This document shows positions 37,149 to 46,137 of a stretch of 64,000 nt of DNA, piece after piece. How positions within the stretch are numbered: position 1 is the first letter of the stretch; each line of letters starts with the position of its first letter. The translations under genes and the position numbers were made by a program. Source of the DNA: a virus; IMG/VR virus record IMGVR_UViG_3300020180_000016, positions 1-64,000 of that record; one strand, given 5' to 3'. A model generated the notes under the pieces. That model saw only the letters and a list, made by a program, of their open reading frames with translations. It was not told the DNA's origin and did no database searches.

Positions 37149-37937
37149 ATGCCGTCGTCGCCGTTGTACAAAGGGGAAATCGTCATTGATGATGATTTTC
37201 CGGATAGCAAGATCGAAGAGATCAGCCGTAACATGCCCAAGGGCCTCAATAAGGGATTTGGGGCCAACTACGGTAATCGCGGACTGACCGCCCTTCCGAA
37301 GAAATGGCTGATCCCTCGTAATGAGTGGCAGCCTCGGATCGAAGAGATTCATGCCAGAAAGATGTTACTTTCCGATCGGATTCGGAAAGCCGGTGTGAAG
37401 ATGAAGAACCAAGCCAGCCTGAATTACTGCTGGGTTTTTGCAGTCGTCCACAGCTATGAGATCAATCGGCTGTCGGCGAATATGCCGTACAAATCTTATT
37501 CACCGGTTTCGGTGGGTGGGCCTATCAAGGGCTGGGCAAATGTAGGTGGTTGGGGCTCTGAAGCCATCCAACGAATGGGCCAAGAAGGAGTCAATGAGAC
37601 AGCCGACTGGCCGGACACGGCTCTGGACAAACGGTATTATACGGCGGCTAATCGAGAGAAGGCTCTCGAGAATCGGGTCACAGAGTGGTTTGAATGCGAA
37701 CCGCGAAACATTGACGAGCACATCTCTCTTCTGTTGCATCTACGGTCGGCTGCTGCTGGGCGAAGTTGGTGGGCTCACGAGATTACCGACGTCGACGCCG
37801 TCTGGGTGAATGGGGCGATCGGTGTTCGGTACCGGAATCAGTGGCTTGGTTTCGGTGATGATGGATTTGCGATTCTGCAAGGCAATCGCATGTTGGCTGA
37901 TGACTTGGTTTCCCCTCAGGTGTCGATGGCGGTTTGA
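37149..37937 (+). CDS. Papain-like (C1-type) cysteine peptidase
   Basis: NQASLNYCWVFA, WAHEI, RNQW..FGDDGF. Confidence 0.75.
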   Translation: MPSSPLYKGEIVIDDDFPDSKIEEISRNMPKGLNKGFGANYGNRGLTALPKKWLIPRNEWQPRIEEIHARKMLLSDRIRKAGVKMKNQASLNYCWVFAVVHSYEINRLSANMPYKSYSPVSVGGPIKGWANVGGWGSEAIQRMGQEGVNETADWPDTALDKRYYTAANREKALENRVTEWFECEPRNIDEHISLLLHLRSAAAGRSWWAHEITDVDAVWVNGAIGVRYRNQWLGFGDDGFAILQGNRMLADDLVSPQVSMAV

Positions 37938-37950
37938 AAGAGGAGACGAA

Positions 37951-38640
37951 ATGAGTTGGTTCTTAATCGTTGCTGTTCTGCTCAACCCAGCCTACGAGCT
38001 GGTTCCGTCTAATACCCAGAAGCCTTTATTCGAATTGGTAGACGACAAATCTACCATCATCGGATACACCTTAGGCGACGGATGTGTGCCGTGCAAACGA
38101 GCAGCGAGCGACGACACGCAAGGCAACCTCTCAGTTCACATCGAGTGGAAGGCTCCGCCGGATTGGTACATCAAGGATTTTGTTGAGAAGCATCCAGGCG
38201 AGTATGGTTTCCCGGCCTTCCACTGGAAGAACAAGAAAGGGATGTGGGTCGTCAAGTCTGGATATCTGGATGCCAAATCTTTCAATGCGATGTTGAACCA
38301 CGCTGAGATGGAGATGGAGATGGCAGTGGCCGGACCCAAGACAGGTGTCTGCCGATGTCGCGGATCGAACGAGGGGGTTTGCTTCTGCCGTCAACGAGGA
38401 GTGGTTTGTCGATGTAATGCGTCGACGGGCTCCGTCTGGACATTGGACACGAAGAATAAGCCAATTGCCAAGACCGGTCAGTATGCAAACCCCAATACCG
38501 CAGCACCTGCAGGAACCAACAAGAATGCACCAAGGACCACCGACCAGGCACCGGGCAGTAGCGTAGGTGGTCGGTGGGTTTTGCAGCGGCAATGCACCAG
38601 GCGTGGGTGTTTCTACAATCAGGTTTGGGTTCCGGAATAA
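37951..38640 (+). CDS. Secreted thioredoxin-like, Cys-rich protein
   Basis: SD AGGAG; hydrophobic N-terminus; CVPC..FP; CRC/CFC/CRC. Confidence 0.6.
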   Translation: MSWFLIVAVLLNPAYELVPSNTQKPLFELVDDKSTIIGYTLGDGCVPCKRAASDDTQGNLSVHIEWKAPPDWYIKDFVEKHPGEYGFPAFHWKNKKGMWVVKSGYLDAKSFNAMLNHAEMEMEMAVAGPKTGVCRCRGSNEGVCFCRQRGVVCRCNASTGSVWTLDTKNKPIAKTGQYANPNTAAPAGTNKNAPRTTDQAPGSSVGGRWVLQRQCTRRGCFYNQVWVPE

Positions 38641-38643
38641 TCA

Positions 38644-39405
38644 ATGGTCACCAAGTCGAATACGTCGATACCTATCAGTTATCTTGATACTGATGGGACG
38701 CTTGCTGCAAATTCAGATGTGACGGTGGCGACTCAAAAAGCCACGAAGAGCTACGTCGACAGTGTCGCGACGGTGGCGTCTGATACGATCTGGGACGCCA
38801 AGGGCGACATCGCGGCCGGAACTGCGGCGGACACGGCTGCCAAGCTGACCGTGGGGACGAATGGCTATGTGCTCACGGCGGCCAGCGCCGAAACGACCGG
38901 TTTGAAGTGGGCAGATCCGGGCACGGTGTCCAGCCCGACGGCAAAGGTACACATCGCGGCGGGGACCGCGACCGCCAACACGGCCCCTTTGAAGCTGACG
39001 AGCGGAACAAACCTGACTACTCCAGAGGCCGGGGCGGTCGAGTTCGACGGCAGCACGATATTCTTCACCAACTCGACGCCGACGCGCATCCCGCTCACGG
39101 CTCCTCTGGTCGCGACGACCTACGGGGGCACGACGACATTTGATCTGGCCGTCGGCCGCGTCCACACCGTCACCTTGACCGGCAATCCGACGCTGGCGCT
39201 GAGCAACGTGACGAACCGGCCCTTCTCCATCTGTCTCAAGCAGGACGGGACCGGCTCGCGGACGGTGACCTGGTTCAGCACGATCGCCTGGGCGGGCGGC
39301 GTCGCCCCCACACTCACCACCACCGCCAACAAGTCCGACCTGTTCGGATTCTTACCGATCGGCGGCGGCAACTACCTCGGCCTCGTGTTGGGGCAGAACG
39401 CATAA
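38644..39405 (+). CDS. Fibre/adhesin-like virion protein
   Basis: DGTLAANSD..ATQKA.KSYVD, AKGDI..LTVGTNGYVLTA..GLKW, C-terminal TLTGN..QDGTGSRTVTW..APTLTT domain. Confidence 0.7.
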   Translation: MVTKSNTSIPISYLDTDGTLAANSDVTVATQKATKSYVDSVATVASDTIWDAKGDIAAGTAADTAAKLTVGTNGYVLTAASAETTGLKWADPGTVSSPTAKVHIAAGTATANTAPLKLTSGTNLTTPEAGAVEFDGSTIFFTNSTPTRIPLTAPLVATTYGGTTTFDLAVGRVHTVTLTGNPTLALSNVTNRPFSICLKQDGTGSRTVTWFSTIAWAGGVAPTLTTTANKSDLFGFLPIGGGNYLGLVLGQNA

Positions 39406-40082
39406 TGGCCACTGAAACAAAAATTGCAGGGGCGGGCAGTAGCGTAAACCGTGGCACCGACACTGCATGGAGTAGCCCAGGGTTGGTCACCGCTTCTGAT
39501 TCATACGATGCGATGTGTACAACCACGGCAACCGGAGATAATACGCAACATCTACGTGCGTCAAGCTTCGGGTTCGGCCTACCGAGCGGGTCGCAGATTA
39601 CAGGTATTACCGTCGTGTATCGCCGCAAGGCGCAGTATGCGTCTTCCGCCGTCGAGGTGGAAGTGAAAATCGTAGACGGCAGTACGCAACTTGGCAGCAA
39701 CAAAGCCAGTGGGACAACCTGGGGTCAGTCCTACGAGTTGCGCACAGTAGGCGGGTCTGCGGATACCTGGGGGATTACCGGTGGCAATCTGACAACACTG
39801 TCGGACAACGCCAATTCGACAATTGGCGTTGAAATTCAAGCAGAATCCAACCTCTTCGCGCCGTGCGATTTCAATATCGACTACGTGGAAATGACATTGG
39901 AATACACTGCCGGCGCCGCCGGCACGTACAATGGCACTACGATCGCCAAGGGGGCCAGTGCCTTCTGGCTATTACTGTGCGATGCGTCGCGGGTGGCGAG
40001 TGACAAACTCTGGACGCCGGAGCGGCCCTTGTGGACGCCCCGGCCGGCATATTCTCCCGAGAAACTAGCCAAGGCTGATTAG
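39405..40082 (+). CDS. Beta-rich virion/fibre-associated protein
   Basis: FGFGLPSGSQITGITV..GGSADTWG..IDYVEM. Confidence 0.6.
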   Translation: MATETKIAGAGSSVNRGTDTAWSSPGLVTASDSYDAMCTTTATGDNTQHLRASSFGFGLPSGSQITGITVVYRRKAQYASSAVEVEVKIVDGSTQLGSNKASGTTWGQSYELRTVGGSADTWGITGGNLTTLSDNANSTIGVEIQAESNLFAPCDFNIDYVEMTLEYTAGAAGTYNGTTIAKGASAFWLLLCDASRVASDKLWTPERPLWTPRPAYSPEKLAKAD

Positions 40083-40084
40083 TT

Positions 40085-40741
40085 ATGGCTGTGAAGGTGA
40101 CATACAATCCTGGACTTTCCGGAAAGACTCTCTTCGCAACTGCACAAAGGTTGTCGGACGGATTCTTCTGGAACGAAAGTGGTGCAGCTTGGGAGGCTGC
40201 ACCTACTTTGGCAAATCAGAAATTGTCGCTTTCGGCAGGGAGTGCAAGTAAGGTCACGGTGTATGAAGCCTCGTTTTCGGCAGGGATGGGTGATGCTGGG
40301 CGAATTCTTATCTTCATCCATGATGATGACGTATCCGGTGACCTTGTTATAGACACAATGCCGACGATTGATGTCTATGGTGGTGTTGAAGTCCAGAACA
40401 TGTCCGCCGTGGCCGGCAGTGTCTCCGCCGCGACGAACGTGAAAAATTCAGCCCTTGCAATTACCTCAGGCACCGTAGTTGCTGCTTTTGGTTCAGCAAA
40501 TACGGCTTTGACTTTCGACACCGATCTTGAAGTTGACGTTGATGACTATTATGGGAATGCAAATGGCGGTACTGTGCTCGCATTCTTGGATACGGCTGAG
40601 AATCGACACGTTGCTCGGAGAGTGGTGGCTTCGACTACTGCTGGATCGAATACAAGAGTGACGGTGGAAGAAGTCTTTCCTAATATTCCTGTGGTAGGCG
40701 ATCCGTTCGTCATTCTTGGTAGGATTACGGAGCTATCGTAG
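40085..40741 (+). CDS. Hypothetical virion protein
   Basis: DDYYG, P.VGDPFVI beta-rich motifs; operon packing. Confidence 0.6.
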   Translation: MAVKVTYNPGLSGKTLFATAQRLSDGFFWNESGAAWEAAPTLANQKLSLSAGSASKVTVYEASFSAGMGDAGRILIFIHDDDVSGDLVIDTMPTIDVYGGVEVQNMSAVAGSVSAATNVKNSALAITSGTVVAAFGSANTALTFDTDLEVDVDDYYGNANGGTVLAFLDTAENRHVARRVVASTTAGSNTRVTVEEVFPNIPVVGDPFVILGRITELS

Positions 40742-41182
40742 ATGTATCAGCTCTGGCAATACTACCTTCAGAGTGTAGTCACTACGCAGTCGAGCTCGTC
40801 ATCTCAATCAAGCTCGTCGAGTTCTGAATCAAGTAGTTCTTCAATTTCTTCGAGTAGCAGCCAATCATCGAGTTCGAGCTCCACGTCGTCATCCAGATCT
40901 TCGAATTCTTCGAGCAGTAGTCAATCTTCTAGTTCATCTCTTTCGTCGACATCGTCGTCACCTTCATCTCAGAGCTCGTCTTCGTCCTCATCAAGTAGCT
41001 CCCTTTCCAGTCAATCATCAAGTTCATCGTCAAGCTCGAGTTCCTCGAGTTCACAATCATCTAGTTCTAGTTCTAGCCAATCCAGTTCGTCAAGCTCGTC
41101 TGCTGTTGTAAAGAGCCCGGCCGGAAAGACAGTAGATCACATCGGCCCGGCCGGTTTGACATCTAGAAGAGTGGGCTTGTAG
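40742..41182 (+). CDS. Poly-serine protein
   Basis: About 100-residue Ser tract using mixed TCN/AGY codons; start abuts the upstream stop. Confidence 0.7.
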   Translation: MYQLWQYYLQSVVTTQSSSSSQSSSSSSESSSSSISSSSSQSSSSSSTSSSRSSNSSSSSQSSSSSLSSTSSSPSSQSSSSSSSSSSLSSQSSSSSSSSSSSSSQSSSSSSSQSSSSSSSAVVKSPAGKTVDHIGPAGLTSRRVGL

Positions 41183-41228
41183 GTTCTGGTGTTGTTCTTA
41201 GCCGATGTTCTAGTTATTATAGACGGTT

Positions 41229-41597
41229 ATGACTCTAATCTACGCCTATCAAAATCGAGGCTTGACAGAAGACATCACTATCGTGGATGCTGACGGAGCT
41301 ACGGTAGTTCCGGGTGTCAACGATAAGGTGCGAGTCATCATCGGAAGAGAAGGTCGGTTGGGTGTGGACTTAGCCGATGCCCAGTTGGTGGTTGTGAATG
41401 ACGCACCGACAGCCAATGGCAGCACCTTCAGTAAGAACACACCGTCGTCGGGAGTGAATAGGCTTCGTCTGGATGCTTCCGATTTGGCTTTGATTCCATT
41501 CGGGTCGTGGACGTTGTTCGTGGATATGCTCGATAACGCAGACAGCAGTGAGTGGAAGAATGTTTCTCGTCAGGTATTTGTTGTGGAGCAGACATGA
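41229..41597 (+). CDS. Hypothetical (BppU/Ig-like) virion protein
   Basis: Small beta-rich ORF in the structural region. Confidence 0.55.
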   Translation: MTLIYAYQNRGLTEDITIVDADGATVVPGVNDKVRVIIGREGRLGVDLADAQLVVVNDAPTANGSTFSKNTPSSGVNRLRLDASDLALIPFGSWTLFVDMLDNADSSEWKNVSRQVFVVEQT

Positions 41598-41786
41598 GTC
41601 GGTCTAAGGCTGAGGCTTCGAAACAGAGATCCGCAGCCTTAAAGGCTCAGATATATATATATACTGGACGCCTTGAAATTGCGAAAATCAAGGGTGGGTG
41701 ATCTCGTGGCTTCAGACTTTGATCGGCCACACCAAGAACCTGTCCAGCCTGTCTGATCGGCTTGATAAGCTTGTGGAGATTCTTCA

Positions 41787-42587
41787 GTGAAGCCTATCGC
41801 AGACATGTCTGAGATGTTGCTTCTTCTCGGGCTAGACGACTCAGCAACAACCCGACAACGGGCCTTGGCTCAATTGTGCATTCGTCGAGCCGAAGCTGCC
41901 GTTCGTAGTTGTATTGGCTACGATCCGGTACGGACTTCACGGACTGAGTTCTACCCACAAGGGGATATGTCTCGCTCAGGTCGAACGGCGATTTGGGAAG
42001 TTGATGACACGTCGGCTTACATCCGCCAATTGTCCGAGGCATCGACGGATGAGTTGCAACTCAAACATCTTCCGTTAAGAGAGATCACACATCTCTATAT
42101 TGATTATGATGGTCGGGGTGGGCAACGTACCGGATCATTTGCTGCTGGAACTGAAAAGGTGCTGGGTCAAGATTTCTGGATGTCGGCTGACGGACTCGAC
42201 TCTGATGGTGACCTTTATTCGCTGGACGGTATTCTTCGATCACATGGTCGGTGGCCAGACATCGCAGGTTCCGTGAAGGTGGTGTACGAGGCTGGATACT
42301 CCGATAATGAACTGCACGGCAATGATGATGTGCTGGACGCCTCAGCAATCCTGGAGTCCGTGACCGACGAAGCCACTCGTAGATTCCATAAGGCTTTGAG
42401 TCGTGCAAAGAGGCGGTTGGCTGGGTTCTCAGGGCCGGTGACATCAGAGTCGTTGGGAGATTACAGCTATTCCGCAGATTCTGCTATGTTGTCGGCGTTG
42501 GTTGGCACTAATTTGAATGTGGCAGCGGATGTTCAGATCCGCCTCCAAGAAGGTGGCTTTACCCGGTTTGACATGGGAGTGATGTGA
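41787..42587 (+). CDS. Head-tail adaptor/connector
   Basis: AEAAVRSCIG, VKVVYEAGY, VTSESLGDYSYS. Confidence 0.75.
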   Translation: MKPIADMSEMLLLLGLDDSATTRQRALAQLCIRRAEAAVRSCIGYDPVRTSRTEFYPQGDMSRSGRTAIWEVDDTSAYIRQLSEASTDELQLKHLPLREITHLYIDYDGRGGQRTGSFAAGTEKVLGQDFWMSADGLDSDGDLYSLDGILRSHGRWPDIAGSVKVVYEAGYSDNELHGNDDVLDASAILESVTDEATRRFHKALSRAKRRLAGFSGPVTSESLGDYSYSADSAMLSALVGTNLNVAADVQIRLQEGGFTRFDMGVM

Positions 42588-42952
42588 GCCTCCTCGACGA
42601 ACTTCCGAATCGCTGTTCCATTTACCGTAAAGTCAGAACGGTAGATGGGATGTCTGGGAACATCGACACTCGAGTCTTGGAGCAGTCGAATGTTGAGTGC
42701 TGGCGACAGAGTGCGAACTCGTCAGAAGTGACGACCTTCCAGAAGCAAGACATCACCGTTTCATGCAAGATATATTTCTCGGAGAATCCACAAGTCACTG
42801 AGCAGCATTCCATCGTAATCACTAAGATGAATGGTGAGGCTGTGACGGAAGAGTTCTATGACGTGGTGAGCTATGCTGTGCCGGATGCCGGTGCAGGCTT
42901 AGGGGTTCTCTACCGGGTTATGGTCAACACGAGCACAGGACGAACGAATTGA
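42584..42952 (+). CDS. Head closure protein (putative)
   Basis: CSIYR..DGMSG; size and position after the adaptor. Confidence 0.6.
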   Translation: MSLLDELPNRCSIYRKVRTVDGMSGNIDTRVLEQSNVECWRQSANSSEVTTFQKQDITVSCKIYFSENPQVTEQHSIVITKMNGEAVTEEFYDVVSYAVPDAGAGLGVLYRVMVNTSTGRTN

Positions 42953-43010
42953 AATCGTCTACCAGAATTAAGGTTCTGAAAGCTGTCAAATCAGCGATCA
43001 AGTATTCAGT

Positions 43011-43352
43011 ATGAAAGTCAGTTGCCTTAGTATCGCTGATTATCTCGAGAACCTTCACACGGTGAAAGATGTCTATGACAAGACAATCCGCGTGTCTGTT
43101 ATTCGTCGACCTGTGGATGGGACATCAAGAGATGCCATCAAATTTGATGTGGTTCTTCAATCGTCCACGGTGGTTTTGGTTAATGAAGAATCTGAATATA
43201 TTCTTGAGGCGGGGGAGACGTGCGGGGTTGACTATGAAGAATCGACCCCGGAGAGAAAAGGCTCAGAGCGGGCCCAGGAGTTGAAGAAACAGATTGTGGA
43301 GTTGGCCGTTGGTAAGGGATGGCAGGTTTTGCCGGGGATCATTTCGGAGTAG
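43011..43352 (+). CDS. Hypothetical protein
   Basis: ORF in operon. Confidence 0.55.
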   Translation: MKVSCLSIADYLENLHTVKDVYDKTIRVSVIRRPVDGTSRDAIKFDVVLQSSTVVLVNEESEYILEAGETCGVDYEESTPERKGSERAQELKKQIVELAVGKGWQVLPGIISE

Positions 43353-43363
43353 AGAGAAGAACA

Positions 43364-43786
43364 ATGCCTAAAGAAGAACACAGGTCAGCGGCAGAGTGTC
43401 TGGAGAGAGCTTTTCTTTATCTCCACGAAGTTGCTCTTAACGCGCAGCATCCAAAAGGGCCGTGGATGGCGGCCTTCTGGAAGATTGAGAATGGGAATGT
43501 CTTTCTCTATCGCACCACCTGTCAGTACCCTAGCCAGGACCTGATGGCGGCTTTGGATTTGTTGAAGTCAAATCTCCAGGAAGACATCAACCAGAAGATT
43601 TCCGACCAACCACTGCCGTTGGCCCATCATATCATCAACGAATTGACAAAGAGAGAAGAAGAAAATGTTCAAGTGGTTGTTCCTGCTGATTCGGCGGAAG
43701 GAAGTGTCTCTGCTGCAGAAGGATCTGTATCAGGGGAACCAGAGGATCAATCAACTAACGAAGGACAGAATCAAGTCGGAGGCTAA
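43364..43786 (+). CDS. Hypothetical protein
   Basis: GAGAAGAA leader before ATG 43364. Confidence 0.5.
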   Translation: MPKEEHRSAAECLERAFLYLHEVALNAQHPKGPWMAAFWKIENGNVFLYRTTCQYPSQDLMAALDLLKSNLQEDINQKISDQPLPLAHHIINELTKREEENVQVVVPADSAEGSVSAAEGSVSGEPEDQSTNEGQNQVGG

Positions 43787-44054
43787 GCTGACTCAGCTCC
43801 GGGAAGAACTTGACGAGGCCAAGAAAAAGACGGATGAGATTGTCCGTAAGACGAAGATTGAGATTGACCGGGCCGAGGGGCTGAATAAGAGACTGGAATT
43901 GGCTCTGGATGGATCTCAAGAGGCTCTGCGAATTGCCGAGGACACGATCATCCCGGCTCTAACCGCAGCTAATTTGACGTTTCAGAAGACGTGGGATTGC
44001 CAATCGGCTCAGCTTGAATTCTACAAAGTCGTTAAAGGACAAGGACAAGAATGA
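43665..44054 (+). CDS. Coiled-coil protein
   Basis: GAGAAGAA leader; heptad repeats. Confidence 0.55.
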   Translation: MFKWLFLLIRRKEVSLLQKDLYQGNQRINQLTKDRIKSEAKLTQLREELDEAKKKTDEIVRKTKIEIDRAEGLNKRLELALDGSQEALRIAEDTIIPALTAANLTFQKTWDCQSAQLEFYKVVKGQGQE

Positions 44055-44353
44055 ACACATCTAAAGTTATCCAGGCCTTATCGAATACCATCACCCAGGG
44101 TCTTCAAACTAATCCCAAGAAGACTGGATCGACCTCGACATGGAAGGTCGAGGGAGTTGAGTACGTCACGGCCGCCAAGCAAACTCTCTCCAAGCTCGTC
44201 AGTGAGGATGGTTTTCAGAAGGTGCGTAATGTGAAGAAGGACGGCATTCTTCATGTGGAACTGAAGCACCCTCTGGGTTTGTCGGTGAATGCAAAAATTG
44301 ACGGGGTCGCTCGGTCAATGGGTGATGGCTTTGCTGAAATCAATCTCGACTGA
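44051..44353 (+). CDS. Hypothetical protein
   Basis: ATGA overlap; AAGGA SD. Confidence 0.55.
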   Translation: MNTSKVIQALSNTITQGLQTNPKKTGSTSTWKVEGVEYVTAAKQTLSKLVSEDGFQKVRNVKKDGILHVELKHPLGLSVNAKIDGVARSMGDGFAEINLD

Positions 44354-44380
44354 TGGTTCTGGTTTGGGTGATATATATAT

Positions 44381-44410
44381 ACGGACGCCGTCAGAGACGG
44401 CGTCCGTTTT
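44381..44410 (+). terminator. Intrinsic terminator
   Basis: ACGGACGCCGTC-AGA-GACGGCGTCCGT followed by TTT. Confidence 0.7.
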
Positions 44411-44456
44411 CAGCTCTTCAAAGACAAAATCACTTCGTACCTAATTGGAAGTTTCG

Positions 44457-46064
44457 ATGAAAGCCGTCGAAAGAGCCTTAACGCGGTCTCGTGATCTGGC
44501 AGCCACAGCGAACGCCTTGGCTAATCGGGCCAAGGCTGGAGCGACTGCGGGTGATCTGATTTCACCGTCCGCTTCCGGCCCGTTTGAGAAATACAGAACC
44601 GCCGCCAACAATAAACAGAAATACGCTCAGTTTCGAGGCTGGGTGTATTCGGCTGTGAATGCGATTGCGGAAGAGGCTGCCAAGCAGCCAGTCCAGATCG
44701 GCAAATTAGCTGGCAGTACAAGAGGAAAAGGTAAGCCGAAGTCGTCGAAATATCTGCAAGGTCACGATCGGCTGATGATGGCTAAGACCATCCAGAACAA
44801 GGCCGCATCAAAGCAGATTGAGATGATCCTAGATCATCCGTTGGCAACCGTGCTGGAGAAGCCGAATCCGATCCAGTACCGCTGGCAATTCGTCTATTCG
44901 TTCGTTGCCAATCTGTGTATGACGGGTTGGGGTTACATTATCGGGGACTACGACGAAGACGGTAATCCTACCTTCTTCTCAGTCCCGACAAGTTGGGTGG
45001 CACCGAAGCACGACAAGGGTTTGTTCTCTGAATTTGAGATCAGGAACCCAGACAATCCGTCGGCCAAAGGTGAAGTCTTGGATCGGGATCAGGTGGCGTT
45101 CGCCTACCTTCCGAATCCAGGCAATCTGATGTCGGCCTACTCTCCGACCTCAGCTCAATCAGCCGCCATCAAGATCGACGACAACATCCAGTCTTGCGAG
45201 CTGGCGTTCTTCGACAACGGTATCTTTCCGTCTGTCATTGTCACGATGGGAAAGAATCCGCACCCTGATGGAAAGAGTGACGGTGTTCGTCAGCGGTTGA
45301 CGGCTACCCAACGAAGGCAAGTCTATGCCGCCATTCGTAAGGTTTCCGGTGGTATCGCCAATTACGGCAATCCGGCTATCGTCGATTCGCTGATTGAGCG
45401 AATTGACCGTTTGTCAATGACCCAGAACGAGCTGGGTTGGGACAAGTCTGAGACGAAGGTTCGGTCTCGTATCTTGTCCATCTTTGGTGTGCATCCGTTC
45501 ATCCTCGGCGAGGAGATGGCTGGGAGTTACGCCCAAGCCTTTGTCGTGCAGGATCGGTTCTGTGGTAAGGTGAATGTCTTCTTGGATCTCTTGAGCACAA
45601 TCATGACTGATTTTGCTCCGAGGTTTATAGATGATGAAGACGATCTTTTGGTGTGGTGGCGAGCAGCGACGGCAAACGATCCGTCGATGGAGAAAGGTGT
45701 CTACGAAGGGGCTCGTGGACGGAATGATATCACGCAGAATGAATTTCGAGCCTGGATGGGTTTGCCGCCAGATGAAGATCGAAACGAGTCACAGATTGAT
45801 AAATCGTCAGTTGGTGCAGTCGCCGGTGTTGCCGCACAGGTGACAAAAGGCGAGCTCACTCCGGAACAGGCTACGGCGATTCTTACAGCCTTAGGCTTGG
45901 CTGACGACATCGCGAAGAAGATTGCTGGGACTGGACCTAAAGAGCCTGTTGAGAATCCAGAGGATCAAGGATTCGACGAGGACAATTGGGACCAACCTGA
46001 TGAGGGTGGGTTTCGAAGTGGTCAGGCTATTCTGAAATGCGTACAAGGGATGACATCTGCGTAG
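44457..46064 (+). CDS. Portal protein (HK97-like)
   Basis: WVYSAVNAIA, HPL..LEKPNP, FFDNG..P, FGVHP..LG, ITQNEFRAWMGLPP. Confidence 0.9.
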   Translation: MKAVERALTRSRDLAATANALANRAKAGATAGDLISPSASGPFEKYRTAANNKQKYAQFRGWVYSAVNAIAEEAAKQPVQIGKLAGSTRGKGKPKSSKYLQGHDRLMMAKTIQNKAASKQIEMILDHPLATVLEKPNPIQYRWQFVYSFVANLCMTGWGYIIGDYDEDGNPTFFSVPTSWVAPKHDKGLFSEFEIRNPDNPSAKGEVLDRDQVAFAYLPNPGNLMSAYSPTSAQSAAIKIDDNIQSCELAFFDNGIFPSVIVTMGKNPHPDGKSDGVRQRLTATQRRQVYAAIRKVSGGIANYGNPAIVDSLIERIDRLSMTQNELGWDKSETKVRSRILSIFGVHPFILGEEMAGSYAQAFVVQDRFCGKVNVFLDLLSTIMTDFAPRFIDDEDDLLVWWRAATANDPSMEKGVYEGARGRNDITQNEFRAWMGLPPDEDRNESQIDKSSVGAVAGVAAQVTKGELTPEQATAILTALGLADDIAKKIAGTGPKEPVENPEDQGFDEDNWDQPDEGGFRSGQAILKCVQGMTSA

Positions 46065-46137
46065 GTGGCTTACACACCCACCTTGACCTGGGTGGGTGCC
46101 GTGGTCAGTTGGTGTGCAGATCTACCGTTTACGGTAG

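Noticed and set aside
45997-46017. CTGATGAG...CGAA hammerhead-like core
   Set aside because: No GAAA and no convincing stem II; the region also lacks a full group I intron core
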